A DNA stretch of 64,000 nt from Candidatus Marinacidobacterales bacterium. GTDB taxonomy: Bacteria; Acidobacteriota; Vicinamibacteria; Marinacidobacterales; SMYC01. Below the pieces are notes generated by a model, which saw nothing but the letters and a program-made list of their open reading frames with translations, was not told the DNA's origin and searched no databases. Made by a program: the position numbers and the translations under genes. The stretch spans positions 1,216,001-1,280,000 of the forward strand of contig CBDCYI010000004.1 in NCBI GenBank assembly GCA_965224085.1, read 5' to 3'. Positions 1 to 7,722 of this stretch are shown piece by piece (position 1 is the first letter of the stretch; every line of letters begins with the position of its first letter).

Positions 1-199
1 GGCTTGCCGGCGGCTTTCGCCACGTGCCGGTGCCTCAGTCCTTGCCATGTCCCCCTTTCCAGCCCCCTCCACCTCGCACGCAACGTGCGGATTTCCCGCA
101 AGACGCGCCCCTGCACACTTCGTATCAAGGGTTATGTGACCTAGCCGGTTGGCCACTGTCCGCGAGGGGCACGAGATAACGGACCCGATAGTCATTAAA
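1..199 (-). mobile_element. Group II intron 3' remnant (end of RT/maturase ORF, domain V, start of domain VI; continues beyond window start)
   Basis: Minus strand 199-125 reads FNDYRVRYLVPLADSGQPARSHNP*, resembling intron-RT C-termini. It is followed by a domain V-like hairpin gcgcgtcttgcgggaaatccgcacgttgcgtgc (~108-75) and a DVI-like gggggctggaaa...gaggcaccggc...gcgaaagccgccggc. An in-frame TAA at 202-200 shows the RT is truncated. Confidence 0.75.
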
Positions 200-240
200 T
201 TAAACTAGAATCTCGAGCCGTTCTCGCGCTCCGGCAGCTA

Positions 241-282
241 CTGGATGCGTACTACGAAATGCTGGATGCGTACTACGAAATG
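241..282 (+). repeat. 21-bp perfect tandem duplication
   Basis: ctggatgcgtactacgaaatg occurs at 241-261 and 262-282. Confidence 0.95.
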
Positions 283-390
283 ATGGGCTGGGATGAAAAC
301 GGCGTGCCGCGAGCGGCCACGTTCTACGACCACCACCTGGAGTGGGTGCAGGGAGCCCACTCTATCAGCAGACAGGCAAGCGGATCGTAA
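241..390 (+). pseudogene. C-terminal fragment of an aldehyde:ferredoxin oxidoreductase-like gene
   Basis: Frame from 241 reads LDAYYEMLDAYYEMMGWDENGVPRAATFYDHHLEW..*, matching the AOR C-terminal pattern LDxYYxxxGWDxxGxP. No upstream part is present. Confidence 0.6.
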
Positions 391-1834
391 AGACGCTTCC
401 TTTGCCGGGCTTGCTCGACACGTCGATGGTGCCGTTGTGCTCCTCGATGATGCGATAGCTGATGGAAAGGCCCAGCCCGGTGCCGACCCCTACGCCTTTA
501 GTGGTGAACCCGGGATCGAAAATCCGCTCCCGTTCTTCTTCGGAGATTCCACGCCCGGTATCGGCAAACTCCAGAACGACGCTATCACCGTCGCGTCGGG
601 TGGTGATGGTGATCGTGCCCCGACCGTCCATTGCTTGAAAGGCGTTTACCAAGACGTTCATGAAGACCTGGTTGAGTCGATTGGGAAAACACTCCATGTC
701 TTCGAGATCCCCGTAATTTTTGACGACCTCGACGCCGTCCTTTAATTTGTGCCGCAGAAGCGTCAGGGTGCTGTCGATCCCTTCATGCAGGTCGGCTTTC
801 TTGCGCTGGGCTTCATCGAGACGCGCGAAGCTGCGCAAGGATTTCACGATCCCGACGAGGCGGTCCGAGGCCGTGTGCGTCGTAGAGGTCGCTTGTCTAA
901 GGGCCTCGAGCGCCGGCTCGAGTTTCGGATACCGGGGAAATACGTCGGTGAGATCTTCACTCTCGAGCGCTTTCGTCACGATCGTCGTCGCACGCTTAGC
1001 GACGTCGGCATTGGCATGGATGGAGCCCAGCGGTGTATTGAATTCATGGGCGACCCCCGCGACCAGGTCGCCGAGCGCGGCCATTTTCGCCGATTGAACG
1101 AGCTGCGCCTGGGTTTCTCTGAGCTCGATGTTGGTCTTTTGAAGCTCTTCGGTGCGCTCGCGCACGCGTTGTTCGAGTGTCTCGTTGAGGAGCTTCAATC
1201 GCTCGTGCGCTTCCGCGAGCTCTTTGCGGCGCTCCTCCTTGGCCCGATAGAGCTGCGCATTGTGAATGGCGCTTGCGGCCTGGTTGGCGACGATCGTGAT
1301 CAGGATCTCGTCTCGTTCGCTGAAGACTCGGTGCTCCTCACTCTCGACCGAGAACACCCCGATGAGCTTGTCCTTGATCACGAGCGGAATGGCGATCTGG
1401 CTTTCGACGTTAGGAAGACCGGGTAGCTTCGTGGGTTCCCCGAGCTCGACCACCTGTCCTTGTTGCTCCATCTGGCTACGAACGGTGGAGTGGTAGGCGC
1501 GGCGCTGGCCCAGGTTGCCGAGCCGCATCATGCGGCGCTTTTTAGCGACGACACCGATGAGTCCGGTTCCCACCGGTACTTTGGCGCCAATGGCATCTTC
1601 TTCATACCCGTGGCTGGCTACGACGCTCAGAGTCTCTTCAGAATCGTCGAGTAGCAGGATAGAGTGGCTGAAGCCGAAGAGATCGTCCATGGTGCCGAGG
1701 ACGATGTCGAGGATCTCGTCGAGGTTCGGAGTGGAGTTGATGACGGTCAAGACTTGTTGAAGGATGCGGACTTCCGCGGTCTTTTGGGCGAGCTCGCCTT
1801 CGAGCTCGGCGCTCGCCGGACGTTCGGAGTTCAT
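365..1834 (-). CDS. Soluble GAF-domain sensor histidine kinase (NtrB-like HisKA/HATPase)
   Basis: GAF domain (GTGLIGVVAK...SQIAIPL...GVFSVES), coiled coil, H-box AGVAHEFNTPL, N-box QVFMNVLVNA, G1 DTGRGI, F/G2 FTTKGVGVGTGLGL. ATG at 1834 chosen because it follows the upstream stop. Confidence 0.9.
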   Translation of the reverse strand: MNSERPASAELEGELAQKTAEVRILQQVLTVINSTPNLDEILDIVLGTMDDLFGFSHSILLLDDSEETLSVVASHGYEEDAIGAKVPVGTGLIGVVAKKRRMMRLGNLGQRRAYHSTVRSQMEQQGQVVELGEPTKLPGLPNVESQIAIPLVIKDKLIGVFSVESEEHRVFSERDEILITIVANQAASAIHNAQLYRAKEERRKELAEAHERLKLLNETLEQRVRERTEELQKTNIELRETQAQLVQSAKMAALGDLVAGVAHEFNTPLGSIHANADVAKRATTIVTKALESEDLTDVFPRYPKLEPALEALRQATSTTHTASDRLVGIVKSLRSFARLDEAQRKKADLHEGIDSTLTLLRHKLKDGVEVVKNYGDLEDMECFPNRLNQVFMNVLVNAFQAMDGRGTITITTRRDGDSVVLEFADTGRGISEEERERIFDPGFTTKGVGVGTGLGLSISYRIIEEHNGTIDVSSKPGKGSVFTIRLPVC

Positions 1835-1839
1835 GGGCA

Positions 1840-2259
1840 CTACCCGGAAGGTTTGAGAGAAACTTTGCGGATCGATTGGACTTCGTAGACATCCGCCGCT
1901 TTGAGCTTGAAGATCCCGGACATTCCGCTCACCGAGGCGATGGCCTCGATCTGCATGTCCATCTCGTCGAAAATAGGGCCTTCCGTTTGCGAGTGATCGT
2001 AGCGAGCTTGAATAATCCAATGCGCGTATCCGTGATAGTCATTCAGGAGGACGCAAGCATTCGGATTCTCACGGACGTTTTTGACCGTCTTGTTGAAGAA
2101 TTGAAAGGATAGAGCCACATGCTCCGGGTCCACGTAATAGACCTGGGAGATGATGGTCGTATTCGGTGCACCATCTGCCGAGCACGATATGACCAGTGCG
2201 GGAACACCGTTCTCAAGGACCGGCTTGATCGCGTCTGGGAGCTCGACCCCTTCCATCAT
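1840..2259 (-). CDS. Pyridoxamine 5'-phosphate oxidase-like (FMN split-barrel) protein
   Basis: SCSADGAPN...VALSFQFFNKTVKNVRENP pattern of split-barrel proteins; ATGA overlap with the upstream gene. Confidence 0.8.
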   Translation of the reverse strand: MMEGVELPDAIKPVLENGVPALVISCSADGAPNTTIISQVYYVDPEHVALSFQFFNKTVKNVRENPNACVLLNDYHGYAHWIIQARYDHSQTEGPIFDEMDMQIEAIASVSGMSGIFKLKAADVYEVQSIRKVSLKPSG

Positions 2260-2729
2260 TCCTCCGCGGGTACGAGTCTGCGCCCGGCACCCGGGCCAGG
2301 AGTCTGGAGATAGATTTCCTGCACTTTGAAGCTTATGGCCACGCTCGGTTCGGCGGCGGACGCGCGGCAGCTGTCCTCCGAGAATCCAAACAGCTTGGTT
2401 CCACGGTCGACGAAGTTCGATCGGCACTGCTCGAAGGCGGCAACGTCCGATTCGCTGTACGACCGGGTTGAAACGAAATCTCCCTTGAACTGGTAGGTTT
2501 CGTGCGAGGGTACTTCGCAGACGGTTAGCGCAAAATGACCGTTGTCTTCGAGCGATGGGATCAGCTCCGGCGTGAAGTGCTCGGCAACGAGGCAGGTGAT
2601 GGTCTGCCGATCCGGTTCGACGAACCATCCCGAAAGCCGGTGCACGTGCGGGACGAGATTCTTGTCTCGCGTGCCACCGATGCCCACCGTCGCGGTTTTC
2701 AGGAACTCGATGATCGCGTCCGGGATCAC
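2256..2729 (-). CDS. Second PNPOx-like split-barrel protein
   Basis: IGGTRDKNLVP...LEDNGHFALTVCEVPSHETYQFKG...IYLQTPGPGAG pattern; GTG start; coupled to the next gene. Confidence 0.7.
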   Translation of the reverse strand: MIPDAIIEFLKTATVGIGGTRDKNLVPHVHRLSGWFVEPDRQTITCLVAEHFTPELIPSLEDNGHFALTVCEVPSHETYQFKGDFVSTRSYSESDVAAFEQCRSNFVDRGTKLFGFSEDSCRASAAEPSVAISFKVQEIYLQTPGPGAGRRLVPAEE

Positions 2730-2983
2730 GGAAACCCCCTACGTAGCTCTGTGCTTCTCCAAGCGACGAGCAATTCTTTGTCAGCCCGTAGCCGAAGCGA
2801 GTTCCGATTCTAATCGAGGAGACCGCGTTGGGGCAAGCAGTCGCGGCACGAGCTCAGGTGCTTCCGCAATCAAGTGTTGGCGGTGAGCCCTGACCCCTCT
2901 GCGTGGTAGAGTTTGAGCCTGATTTCGAGAGACGCAGTTCTTTTGTCGACAAGGCCCCCGCGAGGTGAAGAAGCTGAGTTGTC

Positions 2984-4069
2984 TCAACGCAGAAGTGCCT
3001 GCTCCGGGGACATATAAGCGAGAGTGCCCATGATTTGACCGACGCTGGTCTCGCGCCGTGCCCGCGTTTGGGCTTCAGCGGCCTTCTCAGGCAAAGGCTC
3101 CACGAGTTTTGCTAGGCCGAAGTCAATGATCTTGGGGTGGCCGTCATCGGTGACCATGATGTTCGCGGGTTTAATGTCACGATGCACGATGCCTTTCGAG
3201 TGAGCCTTGGTGAGTCCCTCGGCGACCTCAGTCACGATGTGGACCGCACGCTCGGGAGTCCGTTCTATCTCGAGGACGCCTGCCTTGAACGCTTTGGAGT
3301 AGAAGGTGTTGACGAGATGGCGCGTGTAGAACCGCGGCTGTTCGAGCGCCCGCTGAATACTCCCCTGGGAACGATGATCACCCTCGACTTGCACCAGCTC
3401 CCGGAGCGTCGCGGCAAGCTCAGGCTGACGGAAGATGTCGCCAGGCTCGGGCAGGTGACCGTCCCGCAGGTAGATTTTCGCCGTGGAAGGAAACTGCTTG
3501 GTGCCCTCAATCCGAGCACTTCCTCGAGGCTCATGGTTCCGAAGCGATCCAGCGCCAACACGAGCGTGTCGAAAACGGCGGGCATGGTGGCCGTCAAGAT
3601 TCCGGTCGGTTCGTGTCATGGTGGCCGTCAAGATTCCGGTCGGTTCCCCACCTCGCTGTTTGTAGAAATCAATACTCGCCGACTTGGGTGCGAAACCGAC
3701 CCCGCTGATGGCGTAAACCTTGCGTTCGTCCGCCACATACACCAGGACAGGCACCTCGCCACCGAATCCGAACACATCGAGCTCGGTCACCGCCTCGGCA
3801 AATACCGTCGCCACACCTGCGTCAATGGCGTTGCCTCCCTGTATGAGAATCCTCTGCCCGGCTTGGGCGGATAGGTATTTGCGGCCCCCGAGAGCTCCTC
3901 GCAGACCGCGAACCACTGGCTTATATGTCTTCGCGTAGTAGGCCTTGGTGAAAGCCTCCATTTGTTCTGGAGAACCGTCTCCTTGGGGCTTACGGGTCTG
4001 CGCTGCCAAAGCGGCTGCCAGTGTCCCCGAAAGCACAAGGGATGTTCGGACTAGCGTACCTCTTCTCAT
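2984..4069 (-). pseudogene. Chimeric pseudogene: deleted gamma-glutamyltransferase fused to a Ser/Thr protein kinase fragment
   Basis: Signal peptide, GGT N-terminus [10 protein letters not shown]...[17 protein letters not shown] and small-subunit-like ALEQPRF. Then kinase motifs [26 protein letters not shown] without the N-lobe. Confidence 0.75.
3583..3646 (+). repeat. 30-bp direct duplication with 4-bp spacer inside the GGT pseudogene
   Basis: catggtggccgtcaagattccggtcggttc at 3583-3612 and 3617-3646. The 34-bp addition shifts the GGT frame ([10 protein letters not shown].. continues in another frame). Confidence 0.9.
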
Positions 4070-4518
4070 GATTCTGCCTCCTTTGTCTCACCCCGAGGAT
4101 ATCCTGCATCTATTGAAATCGGTGAGTGACTCCGTTCAGATCGTCGGTGTCAAAGCTGGCGGTCAAAAAGAAAGGAGCCACCCGGTGAGAGGAAATACGA
4201 AGAAGAGCAAGAATGCAACTCAGATGCTGAGGGCGACGCAGGAGCAAGAGTGGTGGGCGATCAAGTTATGCGGGTAGTGTGCTAAAACTCAGCCTGAAGA
4301 CGAAATCGGCATCACCAAACACACGCTCTGGCTGAATTGGAAGGAAAAGGACACTTTCGGCTGCCGTTTCCCGAGCATCGCGCCTTCGGCGGCGTTCGGT
4401 CTTCGGCCATGAACCGCGGCCGCTCCGCTTACGCTGCCTGCCAGTAGTAGCTACCGCTTCACCCCGGAAGTACTTCTCGAGTTGCCTCTTCAGTTGGGAG
4501 AGGTAAATCAGTCTTCGC

Positions 4519-7500
4519 CTAAGGCGGCACGTCGGTCGGCGGCAAGTTTATGGTACGCCCCGGGGTCCAGGGGACACCCGCCGCATCGAGCTCTTGCTCC
4601 AGCGCCGGCAGGTCCAGCCGGACCAGGCGCTCCACTGCCGCGATCTGCTCGGTGAGCTTCTCCTGGCTGTGCCGGGTCAGCCGCTTTTGGTCGGCCGTCG
4701 GCAACGCGGTCGAGGACTCGACGTTGGCGTACAGCAATCGGACCTGTTCGGCGAGAGCTGGCGCGCCCCTCTGCTCGGCCCGGCTGCGGGTGTTCTCCTC
4801 CCCGTTGATTGCCCGTCGGACCTCCGTCAGGGCGTCGTCGATCTCCGTGAGCTGGGAATCGATGGCACCGGGAACGTCGGCCTGCGTTTGGAGCGCCCGG
4901 CGCATCCCACCAAGTCGCTCCTCGACCTCCGCGGTCGTCAACAGAATCGCGTGCACGACGCCTATCAACTGGTTGAGCGTCTGTAGCGTGTCGTGCCACG
5001 TACGGCGGTCCGCGGTGCTGATGTCGATCCACGGGTCGCCGGAAACCGCGACACTCCGGACCTGCTCCGTCTCTCCCGCCCTGAGCCGGACCTGATAGGT
5101 GCCCGGCAACACGAACGGACCCGCCAATATGCCACGGAACAACGGCGCGGAGTCTCCCTCACCGGGCTTGAACGTCAACGGGTGTCGCAAGTCCCACACC
5201 AGCCGCTGGACGCCAGCTCCGTCTGGACCCTGTGGGGCTTCCAGCCGTCGCAAAAGCTGCCCGCCTTCGTGCAGGATGTCGACCGCCACCTTCGGAGCGG
5301 ACGACGTCGACTCCATCAGCGCCGGGTTGACGTAGTAGGTGAGGATCGCTCCATCCGGGGGGTTCGGTGCCGTGTAGTGGCTGTGACCCAGACTGCGCCG
5401 GCCCCGGTTGAACTTGTGCATCTGGATGGCCGGACGCACCGACGCCAGATGAAGGTCCGATGCCAGCACCTCCTCGGAAAGCTCCTCCAGGATGGCAACG
5501 TCGTCGAGAATCCAGAAGCCCCTGCCATGGGTTCCAATCACCAGGTCGTTTTTCTGTGGCTGGATCACCATGTCATGCACCGGCACCGTCGGCATGTTGT
5601 TCTTGAGCGACACCCACTGGCCACCGCCGGTGATCGAAACGAAGACCTGAGACTCCGTGCCGACGAACAGCAGGTTGGGATTGCGCGGATGCTCGACGAT
5701 CACCCGCGTCGAGCCGAACTCGGGAAGGTCGCCGGTGATGTCGCTCCAGATGGCTCCGTAGTCCGTGCTCTTGTACACGTAGGGCAGGAAGTTCGCGTCC
5801 TTGTGGCCGTCGAATGTGGCGTAGAGCGTCCCCTCCTGGTGCTGTGACCAGGACACCCGGCTCCCGCGGGTCTTCTCCGGTATGGTCGTGGGAGTCTCCG
5901 CCCGGACCCAATCGTCGCCGTCGTTCCGGCTCACGTGAATCAGCCCATCGTCGCTCCCCACCGCCAGCAAGCCCCGGCGGATCGGCGACTCCGAAAAGGT
6001 CGTGATGTTTCCGTAGTCCGAGGTGCTCCGGTGCAGGTCGAGGGCGTCCCGGGGCTGGATCTTGCCCTGCATCGGCATGTCGAAGTAGCTGATCTGGCGT
6101 GTCAAGTCGGGGCTAATCACTTGCCAGCTGTCGCCGCGGTCCGCGCTCTTGAACACCACGTTGGCGGAGAAGTAGAGCGTCTCGTTGTCGTAGTGGGAGA
6201 TGTGTAGCGGCGACGACCAGTTCCACAGGTACATCGGCGCGTCCTCGGGATGGGCCGGCTGGATCAAGCGCCGCTCACCGGTCTCGGTGTCGAAGCGCAC
6301 CAGCCGACCGTACTGGGACTCGCTGTAGACGATGGTGGGATCCTCGGGGTCGATGCGGGCGTGAAAGCCGTCGCCGCCGACCGTGACGAACCAATCCTCG
6401 TTGGCAATGCCGTCGGTGAAGCGCGTAGCGCTCGGTCCTCCCAGCGTGTTGTTGTCCTGGGTGCCACCGTAGACGTAGTAGAAGGGCTCCCGCTGGTCGA
6501 CCGCCACCGTGTAGAACTGCATCACCGGCAGGTTCGTCACGAAGTTCCACTTCTTGGCACGATCGAAGGTGAAGTAGACGCCGCCGTCGTTACCGATCAC
6601 GATGTGGTCGGAGTTTGTCGGGTCGATCCACATCGCCCGCTGGTCGACGTGGACTTGCGCTCCCGCGAAGTCGTAGGTAAACGTCCGGCCGCCGTCCTCG
6701 GAGACATTGTTGCCGTTGCGCAACAGGTAGACGCGCTCCGGGTTGTTGGGGTCGCATCGCAGCTTGTAAGCTATCTCGCCGCTCCGCCGCTCCCAGCTCG
6801 CGCCCCGATCATCGGAGCGGTAAAGACCTTCCTCGTCCCCCTTTGCGCGGATGGCCGCGTAGATCGTGTCGGGCTGGCTGCGACAGACGGAGAGCGCGAT
6901 GCTGCCGACGTCGCCCGCGGGCAGGCCGTTTTGAAGCTCCTGCCAGGTGGCGCCGCCGTCCGTCGTCCGGTAAATGCCGCCCTCGGGGCCGCCTCCGAGG
7001 AAGCTCCAGTTGCGCCGCTCCCGCTGGAAAGCCGCCGCATAGAGCAACGCCGGATCCCGAGGATCCATCTCCACGTCGGAAACGCCCGTGTACTGGCTGA
7101 CGAAGAGTACCTTCTCCCAGGTCTCGCCGCCGTCGGTGGTTTTGAACACCCCGCGTTCCTCGTTCGCGCCCCACAAGGCTCCCATCCCCGCAACGTAAAC
7201 GATGTCGGGGTCCTCCGGATGGATCACGATCTTTCCGGTGTGCCGCGTCTCCTCGAGCCCCATGTGCTTCCAGCTCTTGCCACCGTCTTCCGACTTGTAG
7301 ACCCCGTCGCCCCAGGAGGCGCTGCGGGCATTCCAGTTTTCTCCCGACCCGAGCCACACGAGGTTGGGGTTGTCCGGTGCGACGGCAATCGCGCCGAGAG
7401 ACGCCGTCCCCCGATTCTTGAAAATCTCTTCCCAGGTGATACCCCGGTTGGTGGACTTCCAGGCCCCACCGGTCGAGGTGGCGACGTAGACGATGTCGGG

Positions 7501-7701
7501 GTTGCTCTCGACCGCGGTGAGGTCACCGATGCGGCCGCTCTTGGCAGCCGGCCCGATGGTGCGCCACTCGAGCTTGGCTAGGGTCGAGCTCAGCGCTCGG
7601 CGGCCGTCGCGCTCTTGCCCGAACGATACCGAAGGGGATACCAGCGCGGCGGTCAACAACACCGACGCCAGGTTCAATAGCGTTACCGTACGGCTCCGCA
7701 T
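4519..7701 (-). CDS. Secreted VPS10/sortilin-like BNR-repeat (Asp-box) beta-propeller protein
   Basis: Signal peptide; WRTIGPA..SGRI; repeated SxDGGxTW Asp-boxes; YGGTQDN, GGDGF, GTHGRGFWILDD; helical C-terminus. Confidence 0.88.
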   Translation of the reverse strand: MRSRTVTLLNLASVLLTAALVSPSVSFGQERDGRRALSSTLAKLEWRTIGPAAKSGRIGDLTAVESNPDIVYVATSTGGAWKSTNRGITWEEIFKNRGTASLGAIAVAPDNPNLVWLGSGENWNARSASWGDGVYKSEDGGKSWKHMGLEETRHTGKIVIHPEDPDIVYVAGMGALWGANEERGVFKTTDGGETWEKVLFVSQYTGVSDVEMDPRDPALLYAAAFQRERRNWSFLGGGPEGGIYRTTDGGATWQELQNGLPAGDVGSIALSVCRSQPDTIYAAIRAKGDEEGLYRSDDRGASWERRSGEIAYKLRCDPNNPERVYLLRNGNNVSEDGGRTFTYDFAGAQVHVDQRAMWIDPTNSDHIVIGNDGGVYFTFDRAKKWNFVTNLPVMQFYTVAVDQREPFYYVYGGTQDNNTLGGPSATRFTDGIANEDWFVTVGGDGFHARIDPEDPTIVYSESQYGRLVRFDTETGERRLIQPAHPEDAPMYLWNWSSPLHISHYDNETLYFSANVVFKSADRGDSWQVISPDLTRQISYFDMPMQGKIQPRDALDLHRSTSDYGNITTFSESPIRRGLLAVGSDDGLIHVSRNDGDDWVRAETPTTIPEKTRGSRVSWSQHQEGTLYATFDGHKDANFLPYVYKSTDYGAIWSDITGDLPEFGSTRVIVEHPRNPNLLFVGTESQVFVSITGGGQWVSLKNNMPTVPVHDMVIQPQKNDLVIGTHGRGFWILDDVAILEELSEEVLASDLHLASVRPAIQMHKFNRGRRSLGHSHYTAPNPPDGAILTYYVNPALMESTSSAPKVAVDILHEGGQLLRRLEAPQGPDGAGVQRLVWDLRHPLTFKPGEGDSAPLFRGILAGPFVLPGTYQVRLRAGETEQVRSVAVSGDPWIDISTADRRTWHDTLQTLNQLIGVVHAILLTTAEVEERLGGMRRALQTQADVPGAIDSQLTEIDDALTEVRRAINGEENTRSRAEQRGAPALAEQVRLLYANVESSTALPTADQKRLTRHSQEKLTEQIAAVERLVRLDLPALEQELDAAGVPWTPGRTINLPPTDVPP

Positions 7702-7722
7702 TTTTCCTGTCCTTCCATAACG

